Position numbers and translations under genes: made by a program. DNA of 64,000 bases from Roseibacillus sp. Lineage in GTDB: Bacteria; Verrucomicrobiota; Verrucomicrobiia; Verrucomicrobiales; Akkermansiaceae. This document shows positions 53,445-63,446 of this stretch, piece by piece. Below the pieces are notes generated by a model. The model saw only the letters and a list, made by a program, of their open reading frames with translations. It did no database searches and was not told where the DNA came from. The stretch covers positions 416,001-480,000 of the forward strand of contig JBPOGI010000001.1 of assembly GCA_051251855.1 (NCBI GenBank). Reading direction: 5' to 3'. Numbering within the stretch: the stretch's first letter is position 1; each line of letters starts with the position of its first letter.

Positions 53445-54767
53445 TTAATGGTGAGGAGGAATGGCGGGAATGGTTCCGGCGGCGAGTCCGGTTTGGTATT
53501 CTGACCAAGTCATGGGGGCTTTGCCGGTATCGACTTCCTCCATGGTGATGCAGTCCTCGACTGGGCAGACGAGGGAGCAGAGATTACAGCCGACGCAGTC
53601 TTCTTCGCGAACCTTGGGAACATCTTTGCCGGGGAGACGACCTGGTCCCAGACCGACGCCGAGTTCGGCTGGACTCTTTAGGTCGATGCACTGGTGGGCG
53701 CCGTCTTCGCAGGCGATGTGGCAGAGGTTGCAGCCGATGCATTTATCGTAGTCGATGCGAGCGACGCGGGCGTAGTTGAGATTGAGGTTTTCCCAGCGTT
53801 TGATGCTGGGGAGGGCGCGGCCACGGAGTTCTTCCAAGGACTTCATGCCCTTGGAATCGAGGTAGTCCGAGAGTCCTTCCGTCATCTCGTTAACGATACG
53901 AAATCCCTTGTGCATGACGGCGGTGCAGACTTGGACTGAAGTGGCGCCGAGGGCGATGAATTCGGCGGCGTCTCGCCAAGTGTTGATTCCACCGATGCCG
54001 GAAATGGGGAAATCGCGTCCAATTTGAGAATCATTGGCGATGGTTTCGACCATGTTTAAAGCGATGGGCTTAACCGCGGGTCCGCAGTAGCCGGCGTGGC
54101 TGCTGAAGTTGTCGACATAGGGCTCGGGGCAAAAGCTGTCCAAGTTGACTTGGCTGATAGAATTGATGGTGTTGATCAGGGAAACGGCATCGGCCCCTCC
54201 TCTGACCGCGGCGCGTCCGGGGAGGGCGACATCGGTGATGTTGGGAGTGAGTTTGATGATGACGGGAATCTTAGCCACCTCCTTGCACCAGCCCGTGATG
54301 GCCTCGATGACGTCTGGGTTTTGGCCGACGGCGGATCCCATGCCGCGCTCGCACATGCCGTGGGGGCAGCCAAAATTACATTCGATGGCATCGGCGCCCG
54401 CGTCTTCCGAACGTTTGATGAATTCGTGCCATTGTTCACGAGTTTCGACCATGAGGGAGGCGACGACCACGCGGTCCGGCCAGCGGTCTTTGACCTCGCG
54501 GATCTCGCGAAAGTTAGTTTCTGGCGAGCGGTCACTAATGAGTTCGATATTATTGAACCCGACGATTTTTTGACCATTGAGATGAAGCGCGGAGTAGCGT
54601 GAAGATTGGTTGACGATGGGTTCGCCGATTGTTTTCCAAACGACACCGCCCCAGCCTGCTTCGAATGCGCGGTGGCACTGGTGGGCGGAGTTTCCAGGAG
54701 GGCCCGAGCCGATCCAGAAGGGGTTGGGGGATTTAACGCCCGCGAAATTGATAGATAAGTCTGCCAT
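53445..54767 (-). CDS. preA: Dihydropyrimidine dehydrogenase subunit PreA
   Basis: NNIELISDR, NFGCPHG, KLTPN, GPAVKPIAL, two C-terminal 4Fe-4S motifs. Confidence 0.95.
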   Translation of the reverse strand: MADLSINFAGVKSPNPFWIGSGPPGNSAHQCHRAFEAGWGGVVWKTIGEPIVNQSSRYSALHLNGQKIVGFNNIELISDRSPETNFREIREVKDRWPDRVVVASLMVETREQWHEFIKRSEDAGADAIECNFGCPHGMCERGMGSAVGQNPDVIEAITGWCKEVAKIPVIIKLTPNITDVALPGRAAVRGGADAVSLINTINSISQVNLDSFCPEPYVDNFSSHAGYCGPAVKPIALNMVETIANDSQIGRDFPISGIGGINTWRDAAEFIALGATSVQVCTAVMHKGFRIVNEMTEGLSDYLDSKGMKSLEELRGRALPSIKRWENLNLNYARVARIDYDKCIGCNLCHIACEDGAHQCIDLKSPAELGVGLGPGRLPGKDVPKVREEDCVGCNLCSLVCPVEDCITMEEVDTGKAPMTWSEYQTGLAAGTIPAIPPHH

Positions 54768-54784
54768 GGTTTGAGTGGGTGAGA

Positions 54785-56200
54785 TTAGCCCGTGACGCGG
54801 ATGGGATTGTTGAAGCCTGAGCCATGTGCGGGAGTGAGGCCGTAGCGGGTTGTTTGAGTGGGAGGGGAGGATTCTTCCCCGGTGAAAAGAGTGTGGAGGT
54901 GGAGTGCAGCGCGTTTGCCCTCGGCTACGGCATTGACCACTTCGGCCCCTCCATTTGCGGCGTCGCCTCCGGCGTAGATGCCCGGGACGGAGGTTTCTTG
55001 AGTCTCGGGATTGACGGTGATTTTTCCGCCTGCTCCAAAGTCAAGGTCGGGAAGCCAGTCGCTGAGGAGAGATTGCATCTTGTTTTGGCCGAGGGCCTTG
55101 ATGACAAAGTCAGTGGGCTGGGTGAATTCACTGTCTGCGATGGGGGCGGCGTTCTCGTCAGTGCGAACGAGGCGAATCCCGCTGACGTGACCATCGGTCG
55201 ATTCGATGGCAACGGGGCTAACGTTGAAGGTGAATTCGCAGCGCTCGGATTTGGCGAGGGCGTATTCAAAGCGATAGGCGGACATGGCGTCTTCGCCTCT
55301 TCGATAGAGGACGGTCGCTTCTTCGGCACCGAGGCGTTTTGATTGCGAAACGGCGTCGATGGCGGTGTTGCCGCAGCCGAGAACGACGACCTGTTTGCCC
55401 ATGGCTACCTCTTCAAGAGGCTTGGTGTGAATTTCGTCAATGAAGTCAATGGCATCGACCACTTCGGGGAGATCCTCTCCTGGAATATTGAGCTGTCTGC
55501 CTTCGCCCAGTCCGAGGCCAAGGAAAACGGCGTCGTATTCGGATTGAAGCTCGGCGAGGGTGACATCTTTCCCGACCTCGACTCCGCAGCGGAATTCGAC
55601 GCCGAGGTCTTTAATCATTTCGATTTCACTGAGGCTGACCTCAGGCTTCATCTTGTAGTAAGCGATGCCGTAGGTATTGAGTCCACCGGCATGTTCTCGG
55701 CGTTCGTAGATGACGGCGTCGTGTCCTTGTTGGACGAGTTCGGCAGCGCAGCCCAAGCTGGCTGGGCCACCGCCGACGAGGGCGACTTTCTTACCTGATT
55801 TTTGGGTAGGGACTGAGAGAACTTGTTCACCGGTGGCGAGAACAGCATCGGTGGAATACCGTTGTAAGCGGCCAATATCGATGGGCTTTTGATCGCGATC
55901 CTCGAGGACACAGGCACCTTCGCAGAGGACTTTGGTGGGGCAGACGCGGGCGCAGGAATTTCCGAGAATATTTGACTGAAGGATGGTGCGAGCTGAGCCC
56001 TTCACCTGGTCATAGGCGATTTTTTTGATGAAGGAGGGGATGTCGATCCCTGTGGGGCAGGCTTTGATGCACGGGGCATCGTAGCAGTAGAGACAACGGT
56101 TCGCTTCGTTGAGTGCCTGCTGTTTATCGTAGGCGGGTTTGAGCTCGCACATGGAGAGATCGAGTTCCGCTTTTTTGAGGAGAGGCTTGAGGTCAGACAT
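54785..56200 (-). CDS. preT: Dihydropyrimidine dehydrogenase subunit PreT (GltD-like)
   Basis: RCLYCYDAPCIKACPT, CARVCP...LCEGAC, VGGGPA, GCGNTAID. Confidence 0.93.
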   Translation of the reverse strand: MSDLKPLLKKAELDLSMCELKPAYDKQQALNEANRCLYCYDAPCIKACPTGIDIPSFIKKIAYDQVKGSARTILQSNILGNSCARVCPTKVLCEGACVLEDRDQKPIDIGRLQRYSTDAVLATGEQVLSVPTQKSGKKVALVGGGPASLGCAAELVQQGHDAVIYERREHAGGLNTYGIAYYKMKPEVSLSEIEMIKDLGVEFRCGVEVGKDVTLAELQSEYDAVFLGLGLGEGRQLNIPGEDLPEVVDAIDFIDEIHTKPLEEVAMGKQVVVLGCGNTAIDAVSQSKRLGAEEATVLYRRGEDAMSAYRFEYALAKSERCEFTFNVSPVAIESTDGHVSGIRLVRTDENAAPIADSEFTQPTDFVIKALGQNKMQSLLSDWLPDLDFGAGGKITVNPETQETSVPGIYAGGDAANGGAEVVNAVAEGKRAALHLHTLFTGEESSPPTQTTRYGLTPAHGSGFNNPIRVTG

Positions 56201-56220
56201 GGCTTGATGAGAGGTAGGAG

Positions 56221-57552
56221 TTAGACGGAGGCCAGGGCTTCATCGATAACGGAGACCATGAAGTCGGCGTCTTCCATGGTGAGGCACATGGGAGGTTTGA
56301 TGCGGATGACGTTGCCAAAGAGTCCGCCTTTTCCGAGGAGAAGGCCAAGGTCGCGGCACTTGTTCCAGACCGCCGCGCATTCGGCAGTGGCGGGAGTTTT
56401 GGTGTCGCGGTCGGTAACGAGTTCGATGCCGAGCATGAGGCCTTGGCCGCGCACTTGGCCGATGAGAGAGTGTTTTTCGGCGAGTGCCTCTAGTTTCTCG
56501 ATGAGGTGGCCGCCAATTTTAGCGCTATTGGCTTGTAAGCCATCGTTGTCGATGGCCTCGATGACGGCACGGCCGACGCGGGAGATGAGGGGGTTGCCAC
56601 CGTAGGTGTTGAAGTGGATGTGGGACTTGAGGGAGGCGGCGATTTCGGGAGTGGTGACGACGGCGGCGAGAGGGAAGCCGTTTCCGATTCCTTTAGCCAT
56701 GACCACGATGTCGGGGACCACGCCTTGGCTTTCGAAGCCCCAATAGTGGGTGCCGGTGCGGCCGAAGCCGGATTGAACTTCATCGGCGATGCAAAGACCT
56801 CCGTGGCTACGAACGATGTCGTATGTTTGAGAGAGGTATCCTTCGGGGAAGACGACGGCACCGCCAACACCTTGAATAGACTCCGCGATGAAGCCGGCGA
56901 CTTGACCGGGAGTGGCAAACTCGATGAGCTGCTTGACGTCGTTGGCGTAGTCGGTGGCTTGGTCTTCGTGGCTGGCAAAAGGGCCCCGATAAGGATCGGG
57001 GTTGAGAGCGTGATGAATGCCGAATCCTTGAGGGGTGTTATACTTCCAAGTGCCATGAGCAGTCAGCCCCATGGTGGATTGCGAGCCGCCGTGGTAGCAG
57101 TTGCGCAGGGCGATCATGTCGTAATTGCCGGTGTGAAGGCGGGCCATCAGGAGCGCGAGGTCGTTGGCTTCCGAACCCGAATTGACGAAGTAGCAAACCG
57201 AAAGGTCGCCGGGTAACTTGTCGGCAAGGGCTTTGCCATAAAGGGCAACTTCTTGGTTGGCGTAGATGGTTGTGGTGTGGACGAGGGTGTCTAACTGCTC
57301 GTGGGCTGCCGATAGAATTTCGGGGTGAGAGTGACCGCAACTCACCGTGACGATGCCTCCGAAGGCATCGAGGTAGCGGCGCCCGGTTTCATCGAAAACA
57401 TACTGCATTTTACCCTCCACGATCATGAGGGGCTTTTCGTAGTAGGTGATGAGAGCAGGAGTGAGATGCTCCTCACGGAGACTCATCACTTCATCGAGAG
57501 AGAGTCCGGTGTAAGGTTTGGGGCTGTGGTCGAAGGAAGGAAGTTCAGGCAC
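56221..57552 (-). CDS. Class III aminotransferase, AGXT2/PYD4-like (probable beta-alanine aminotransferase)
   Basis: [52 protein letters not shown]. Confidence 0.88.
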   Translation of the reverse strand: MPELPSFDHSPKPYTGLSLDEVMSLREEHLTPALITYYEKPLMIVEGKMQYVFDETGRRYLDAFGGIVTVSCGHSHPEILSAAHEQLDTLVHTTTIYANQEVALYGKALADKLPGDLSVCYFVNSGSEANDLALLMARLHTGNYDMIALRNCYHGGSQSTMGLTAHGTWKYNTPQGFGIHHALNPDPYRGPFASHEDQATDYANDVKQLIEFATPGQVAGFIAESIQGVGGAVVFPEGYLSQTYDIVRSHGGLCIADEVQSGFGRTGTHYWGFESQGVVPDIVVMAKGIGNGFPLAAVVTTPEIAASLKSHIHFNTYGGNPLISRVGRAVIEAIDNDGLQANSAKIGGHLIEKLEALAEKHSLIGQVRGQGLMLGIELVTDRDTKTPATAECAAVWNKCRDLGLLLGKGGLFGNVIRIKPPMCLTMEDADFMVSVIDEALASV

Positions 57553-57582
57553 GGGAAATAAAGTTGGAAGCTGAGAAATAGA

Positions 57583-58452
57583 CTAAGGGCGGGTGAGGTC
57601 GCCGTAGCTATCGGGACGGCGGTCGCGGAAGAACTGCCAAGTGTCGCGCACTTCCTTGATTTCATCGAGATCGAGGTCGGCGACGATGAGTTCGTCTTGG
57701 TCGCGGGAAGCTTCGGCGATGAGTTGGCCTTTGGGATTGCAGAAGTAGGATTGGCCGTAGAACTCGCCGATGCCCCAGGGTTGTTCGGTGCCGACACGGT
57801 TGATGGCTCCAATGAAATAGCCGTTGGCAACGCAGTGGGCAGGCTGCTCGAGTTTCCAAAGATATTCGCTGAGCCCCGCGACAGTGGCGGAGGGGTTGAA
57901 GACGATTTCGGCTCCGTTGAGAGCAAGCGCACGGGCTCCTTCGGGGAAGTGGCGGTCGTAGCAGATGTAGACGCCGATGGTGCCGACCTTGGTTTTGAAA
58001 ACGGGATAGCCCATGTTGCCGGGGCGGAAGTAGAATTTTTCCCAAAAGCCAGGGTGGCAGTGAGGGATGTGATTTTTGCGGTATTTGCCAAGGTAAGTTC
58101 CATCGGCATCAATCACGGAGGCAGTGTTGTAATAGATGCCTTCGACCTCGACCTCATAGATAGGGACGATGAGGACCATCTGATGTTTGGCGGCGAGTTC
58201 ACACATCAGTTGAGTGGTGGGACCATCGGGAATTTGCTCGGTGATGTCGTACCAGCGTGGCTCTTGCTCGGCGCAGAAGTAGGGACCGTAAAAGAGTTCT
58301 TGGAGGCAGAGAACTTGCACTCCTTGTTCAGCGGCCTGCTCGATCATAGCGACATGCTTTTCGATCATCGCATCGCGAATGGTGGAAGGATCTTCGGTTC
58401 CAGAATGGGTGGTGGAGGCTTGGATGAGGCCGGCTTTGACAATGCGAGACAT
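57583..58452 (-). CDS. Nitrilase-family beta-ureidopropionase
   Basis: CLQELF (E), YRKNHIP (K), ICYDRHFPE (C) catalytic triad; operon context. Confidence 0.88.
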   Translation of the reverse strand: MSRIVKAGLIQASTTHSGTEDPSTIRDAMIEKHVAMIEQAAEQGVQVLCLQELFYGPYFCAEQEPRWYDITEQIPDGPTTQLMCELAAKHQMVLIVPIYEVEVEGIYYNTASVIDADGTYLGKYRKNHIPHCHPGFWEKFYFRPGNMGYPVFKTKVGTIGVYICYDRHFPEGARALALNGAEIVFNPSATVAGLSEYLWKLEQPAHCVANGYFIGAINRVGTEQPWGIGEFYGQSYFCNPKGQLIAEASRDQDELIVADLDLDEIKEVRDTWQFFRDRRPDSYGDLTRP

Positions 58453-58471
58453 GATGAATTCGGGGAGTTTT

Positions 58472-59857
58472 CTAGTGTTTGGAGAAGGCGTCGATACCGC
58501 GTTCTGCGGAGGTGCCAGGAATGGTGTTATCCAGAATGAGAGCAAGGAACGCGCCAACTGCCATGCCAGAAGATCCGATTGTGGTTAAAATAGCAGCAAG
58601 CCATTGCAGCGACGAGGGAAAAAGGCTCAAAATCATTTCGGCATTCGGTCCAACGTATTCCGGGAGAGAAAGTCCTGCGAAGAGGGCGAATCCGATAATG
58701 AAAAGGTTGCGTGGTGAATTAAGGTCGACAAATTGGAGGTTGGAGAGGCCGACTCCGGTGACCATGGCGAACATTACGCAGTACATTCCACCCACGATGG
58801 GTGACGGAATGGAGGTGAAGAGGGCCCCGAATTTTCCGAAAATCGCGAGCACGAGCATGAGGACGGCTGCCGTCTGGATGACGCGGCGGCTTCCGACACG
58901 GGTGAGACCGATAGCGCCAATATTTTCGGAGTAAGAAGTGGTTCCGTTTCCGGTTCCGAAGATGCCGGCGATGAGGCAGCCGATGCCTTCGAAGCCGATT
59001 CCGCGATTGACGGTTTTGGCGTCAGGAACGGGTGCCTTTGACATCCGCGCAGCGGCGTAGTAGTCGCCAGTGGATTCGATCATGCTGGCGATGTAACCGG
59101 CAAGCATTCCGATGATGGCCGCGGCCCCGAAGGCGGGCATTCCCCATTGGAAAGGAGTGGGAATTCGAAACCAAGGCGCTTCCTTGACGGTGTCGAAGCT
59201 GACGTAGGCGGCGTGTTTGGCATCAAAGAGTTCCGTCCAAGTGCAAATGGTGGCCACGAGCCAAGCGAGGACTAAACCGAGGAGGATAGGGAAGAGGTTG
59301 AAGAGTTGGCGGGCTGATTTGAGGTATTGGCTGAAGAGAATGAGAAGAAGGATGGTGAGGCCCCCAATTCCCCAATGCTGGCCTGCCAGAGGAGCTCCAA
59401 ATTTGAAAAGAGCGAGTCCAATGAGCGCGATGGTGGGTGCGATGGTGACTGGAGTGATAAACTTAAGAGTTTTTCCCATCAAGCCACTGAACCCAATCGC
59501 CATTTCGAAAAAGGCTCCCGCGATGACGGCTCCTTGCACGTGACGCATGCGCATTTCGAAGCCGGCGTCGGCGAGGGATGCCATGCCGCAAATCGCGATA
59601 GCGGGGCCGAGAAAGGAGAAGGTGCCGCCTTGAATGATAGGTAGGCGGGAGCCGAAAGTGGTCTGGAGGAGAGTGCAGATTCCGCTCACCAGAAACATGG
59701 TGCTGATGAGGAGGGCGAGTTCGGCGTTCGAAGCTCCGAGGTGAGATTGCAGCAGGAGGGGAATGGCTACCGTAGAGCCAAACATGGTCAGATAATGCTG
59801 GAAGCCCAGGAGGAGAGACGTTCCGAGAGGGGGCTTGTCTTCAATGGTATACAGCAT
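58472..59857 (-). CDS. NCS2/NAT nucleobase permease (SLC23-like, probably uracil)
   Basis: GFQHYLTM, TLLQTTFG.RLP, SYSENIGAIGLTRVGSR signature. Confidence 0.9.
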   Translation of the reverse strand: MLYTIEDKPPLGTSLLLGFQHYLTMFGSTVAIPLLLQSHLGASNAELALLISTMFLVSGICTLLQTTFGSRLPIIQGGTFSFLGPAIAICGMASLADAGFEMRMRHVQGAVIAGAFFEMAIGFSGLMGKTLKFITPVTIAPTIALIGLALFKFGAPLAGQHWGIGGLTILLLILFSQYLKSARQLFNLFPILLGLVLAWLVATICTWTELFDAKHAAYVSFDTVKEAPWFRIPTPFQWGMPAFGAAAIIGMLAGYIASMIESTGDYYAAARMSKAPVPDAKTVNRGIGFEGIGCLIAGIFGTGNGTTSYSENIGAIGLTRVGSRRVIQTAAVLMLVLAIFGKFGALFTSIPSPIVGGMYCVMFAMVTGVGLSNLQFVDLNSPRNLFIIGFALFAGLSLPEYVGPNAEMILSLFPSSLQWLAAILTTIGSSGMAVGAFLALILDNTIPGTSAERGIDAFSKH

Positions 59858-59931
59858 GGCAAACCTGCTTGTTAGCAGATTGAGAGCCAATGTGGGAGCG
59901 GGAAAAGCGAGCTAGGGAATCGTGAGTTGGT

Positions 59932-60180
59932 TTACTCTGGGAGAGTGGGAAGGAGGGCGAGGAGCATTTGGTAGCGCTCGAGATTGAAAGGCCTCTTTTC
60001 GCTGGTCATTTTTTCGATTTCGTCGGCGAGGCAGAAAGCGAGCATGTATTTGGCTTCCGGCTCGTCGATATCCTCTTCGGCAAGAAGGCCCTCGTAGGTT
60101 GATTGGACGAAAGGAGTTTGAGGGGAAGCCAATTGCTCCTCAATGGCAGGCAGGAGCGCGAGGATTTCGGGATCGTCCAT
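59932..60180 (-). CDS. Hypothetical protein
   Basis: Acidic helical 82-aa ORF, co-oriented with the dehydrogenase gene. Confidence 0.65.
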   Translation of the reverse strand: MDDPEILALLPAIEEQLASPQTPFVQSTYEGLLAEEDIDEPEAKYMLAFCLADEIEKMTSEKRPFNLERYQMLLALLPTLPE

Positions 60181-60232
60181 GATTTAGTCTGTGTTGAATT
60201 GCGATTCATCGCCCGATGGCTGGGTGATGGTC

Positions 60233-61186
60233 TTAGTTGACCTGATTGTCGGGGGTGCCGTCGATCCAAGCTTCAAGGTTATTGAGAAGTCCGTCTAACA
60301 GGCGTTGGCGAGCCTCTTGGGCAGTCCAAGCGGTGTGAGGAGTGATGAGCAGATTTTTGGCACGAAGGTCGGGGGCCAAAAGGGGATTATCTTGGCTCGG
60401 AGGTTCAACCGAGAGGACGTCGAGACCGGCACCCGCGATACGGTCGTTGCGCAGGGCGTCAGCGAGAGCGGGTTCATGGATGAGAGCTCCCCGGCCGGTA
60501 TTGATAAGGAAGGCGGAAGGCTTCATCAGGGCGAGGGTCTCGGCATTGATGAGGTGCTCGGTGTCTTTGTTGAGCGGAGCGTGAAGGGAGATGAGGTCGG
60601 AAGTCGCGAAGAATTCTTCCCGTGGCACGCGATTGCGAGTGGTGGTAGAAGCTCCTTCGCGGGCGAGAGCTTGCACGTTCATTCCGAAGGCCTCAGCGAT
60701 GCGGGCCACGGCGGAACCGGTCTCGCCCAGACCCACGATGCCGATGGTCTTGCCTGCGAGTTCGGTAACGGGGTGATCAAGATGAGTGAAGATTGGGGAC
60801 TGCGGCCAGGTCTGAATCTCGGCGCTGTAGCGGTTGACTGCGGTGGTGAGATTCAGAAGAAGAGCGAAGACGTGTTGAGCAACCGCAGAGGTGGAGTAGC
60901 CTGCGACGTTACAGACGGGAATGTCGCGCTTACTGGCTGCTTCGAGCTCAACATGATTGAAACCGGTGGCCGCAATCAGGATGAGCTTGAGGTCGGGAAG
61001 GTGAGCGAGGGTCTCCTCGGTGAGGGGAACTTTGTTAGTAACGAGAACTTGGGCTCCGGCAGCGTGCTCGAGGATTTGAAGAGGCGAGGTGGTGTCGTGG
61101 AAGGTCAGACCGCCATGCGCTTCAAAGGGCGAGAAGTCGAGGTCATCACGGTGAAGAGTGGAGGCGTCGAGAAAGGTGATTTGCAT
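60233..61186 (-). CDS. D-2-hydroxyacid dehydrogenase (glycerate dehydrogenase-like)
   Basis: ATGFN, G.G..G, SLHAPL, INTGRG, DVLSVEPP, TPHTAW. Confidence 0.92.
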   Translation of the reverse strand: MQITFLDASTLHRDDLDFSPFEAHGGLTFHDTTSPLQILEHAAGAQVLVTNKVPLTEETLAHLPDLKLILIAATGFNHVELEAASKRDIPVCNVAGYSTSAVAQHVFALLLNLTTAVNRYSAEIQTWPQSPIFTHLDHPVTELAGKTIGIVGLGETGSAVARIAEAFGMNVQALAREGASTTTRNRVPREEFFATSDLISLHAPLNKDTEHLINAETLALMKPSAFLINTGRGALIHEPALADALRNDRIAGAGLDVLSVEPPSQDNPLLAPDLRAKNLLITPHTAWTAQEARQRLLDGLLNNLEAWIDGTPDNQVN

Positions 61187-61336
61187 AGGCCTATCTTAGC
61201 GAAGATAGGCCAAGCGGCAACTTTTGTTGTTGGGAAGTCACTTGCGACCAACAGGGTAAGGTCTTGGCCTATTGACCGCTCTCGATTGAGCCGACTTTGA
61301 CTCAACCATAGATCGATTCAAAGGGCCTCAGAACTC

Positions 61337-61930
61337 TTAATCAACAGCGTAATTTGCTGTGTTGAGCACTCGGCTCCATTCCATGTCCGTAGTCGCGCCG
61401 GTTGTGCCATTGGCTTTGAGTTCGATGGTTTCAACTTTGATGGCCCCAAATTGCAGAACTGCAGTAAGGAGGGATTGGTCGCCGTCGGTCGCGGTGATGG
61501 AAATATCTTGAAACATGACAAGTTTCATTGAAATTCTGAAGAGGTCAGTACCACCAGCAGGTCCTCCAGAGCTCCTGCGAGCGGTGATGATGGCTTCGTC
61601 CATGTGGTCGCCTTCAACCAGATATTTCAGCATTTGAGGCGTATGTGTGTCTCCAATGTTCGCGGTGATAGTGAGTTCTTTGAAGGTTGCCTTTCCCGCT
61701 CCGCCTCCTGTGGAGATGCTGCCGATGTTGATGTTATTCTCAGCCCCAAACTCGAAGTTAATGAGTTCGAGCGCCTTTTTATCTTTCATGACGTTGTCTA
61801 GAGTGCCGCCATGAATTGGGCCGCTGGCTCCGTCGGTTGGAAAGTGGATGAAGTAATCTAGTTGGGCGTGGGCTGTGAGGGTGAGGAAGACGGTGCTGAG
61901 GATGAGCGTCAATGATGATTTTAGGTGCAT
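61337..61930 (-). CDS. Hcp-like tube protein (T6SS Hcp fold) with an N-terminal signal peptide
   Basis: After AHA|Q: DYFI..., I.G.T.D...K, F.FG.EN...IGS..GGGAGKATFKELTI, P.M...L..G.H...A.I..RRS, LQFGAIKV. Confidence 0.8.
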   Translation of the reverse strand: MHLKSSLTLILSTVFLTLTAHAQLDYFIHFPTDGASGPIHGGTLDNVMKDKKALELINFEFGAENNINIGSISTGGGAGKATFKELTITANIGDTHTPQMLKYLVEGDHMDEAIITARRSSGGPAGGTDLFRISMKLVMFQDISITATDGDQSLLTAVLQFGAIKVETIELKANGTTGATTDMEWSRVLNTANYAVD

Positions 61931-61949
61931 AATCGTTTAGGTTGGAATG

Positions 61950-63446
61950 TTAGTTCGAGGCGGGCTGAATGTATTCAATGAGGAGTTTTCCGAACCGGGT
62001 GGGGCCGGGTTCGGGATCAGAAAAAAGGAAAACGGAGTTGGCACTGGCTTCCTCATCAGTGAGAAAGGGATTCGAGATAGGGACGGTATCCCAGTCAGTT
62101 AGGTTGGAGGAGAATTGCCCAATGTAGCGAAGAGGGGCATCCCGACGTCCTCCGAAGGCGAGAGAAAGAGGGACGAGGCTTTCGGAGCTGTAAGGGCTGA
62201 GGTCAGGGGCGAAGGAGTAGTCAGCGTTTTCAGCCGCATCACTTTGAGTGGGGTCTTTTCGAAAGGCAAACTCTTCGAGGAGAGTCAGGCCATCGCCGTC
62301 GAGGTCGCTTTGCAAGTCCGCGTTGATGCCGGTGAGTCCGTGCTCATTGATCCAGTCGAGGAGCATGGTATTGGGAATGTGAGAAATTCTGAGTGACACG
62401 GGTTGGCTCTGGACCTCGGTATCAGCACGGGTGAGAAAGAGGTAGCGTGCCCCTGCACGGTAGGTGATGTGGGTTTCCGGTCCGATGGGGAAATCTTCGG
62501 GAATATTGGTGGGGGTCGAGACGGAGCCAAAGCCTTTGGCTTTTTCGGTGTGATAGGTGGAACCTGCTGAGATGGCATCGGGGACCCGTTGAAACTCCGA
62601 GCCTTTCAGAATGTGATTGCTGGAGGAAAGGACGCCGAGCAAGGGATTCGTTTCGCCATTGTCCTTGCGGCCGTTTCCGATCCGCTTGAAGCGGAGAATG
62701 TCGCCTGTCCGGAGGTCTGGAAAGAGTGCTAGGAGGTCGTGGGCATTGCCGTTTGTGAGTGTGGCCTCGTTTGTTTCGGGAGTGCTGTTCCTGACTCCAT
62801 AACCCTCATGGAGGTAGGTCTCTGATGATGAAACCGAGAGCGGTTCGTCTAGGGTGGAAATCGCGGGAAGCTCTGAGAGAGTAGGAGGCGCGGGAGGCTT
62901 GTGTTGAAAAAGGGGATCGGCGATGGCAAAGGTGTTTCCCGGAGAGGCTTCGATCCCAATGATGGCAATCCTAGCCTCGGGGTCGATCATACCAAGGAAG
63001 ACGGGGTTTCCTTGTACTCCTGGACTGCTTCTGCTGGTAGAGAAGAGAAAATGTCCGGTGAAGTCATAGAAGCTAACTATGTAGTCGGCTTGCACTCCTA
63101 AGGAGTGCTCGACTGTGACGGCAAACCCTTGCACGGGACTGGGGGGGTAAATAAGGAGTCGATTGCCTCCGTTGTGCTGGAGAAGCATTCCGGGGGTGAA
63201 ATAGCCAGTGTTTCGGAACTCGGCCGAAGCTGCTTGGGTGGTCACACCGGCGGTGAGTTGATTGGAGTTTGAGAAAGTGGTGTAAGAATCGGCCGCGAGG
63301 GTGGAGCCTGTCGTTAGGGCGACATCTTCCCATGAGATGGTGGCGTCTGCCCTAATCTCGCTCGGTGATGTGACTTCGAAGGGAAGGGCCCAACAGTGAG
63401 TCGCGAGCAGAGTCAGCAAGAAGGCGATGGAAAAGTTAGAAGCCAT
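61950..63446 (-). CDS. Secreted multidomain protein with a Verrucomicrobia-type C-terminal domain
   Basis: Signal peptide (HCWA|L), Pro linker, RVPDAISAG..TNIPEDF..GARYLF domain, DLDGDGLTLLEEFAF..DP..SSNLTDW..F..L. Confidence 0.75.
   Translation of the reverse strand: MASNFSIAFLLTLLATHCWALPFEVTSPSEIRADATISWEDVALTTGSTLAADSYTTFSNSNQLTAGVTTQAASAEFRNTGYFTPGMLLQHNGGNRLLIYPPSPVQGFAVTVEHSLGVQADYIVSFYDFTGHFLFSTSRSSPGVQGNPVFLGMIDPEARIAIIGIEASPGNTFAIADPLFQHKPPAPPTLSELPAISTLDEPLSVSSSETYLHEGYGVRNSTPETNEATLTNGNAHDLLALFPDLRTGDILRFKRIGNGRKDNGETNPLLGVLSSSNHILKGSEFQRVPDAISAGSTYHTEKAKGFGSVSTPTNIPEDFPIGPETHITYRAGARYLFLTRADTEVQSQPVSLRISHIPNTMLLDWINEHGLTGINADLQSDLDGDGLTLLEEFAFRKDPTQSDAAENADYSFAPDLSPYSSESLVPLSLAFGGRRDAPLRYIGQFSSNLTDWDTVPISNPFLTDEEASANSVFLFSDPEPGPTRFGKLLIEYIQPASN

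Noticed and set aside
61337..61930. Calling a Type VI secretion locus
   Set aside because: Only the Hcp-like gene is present; no sheath, baseplate, spike or membrane-complex genes, and the leader argues against a canonical role.
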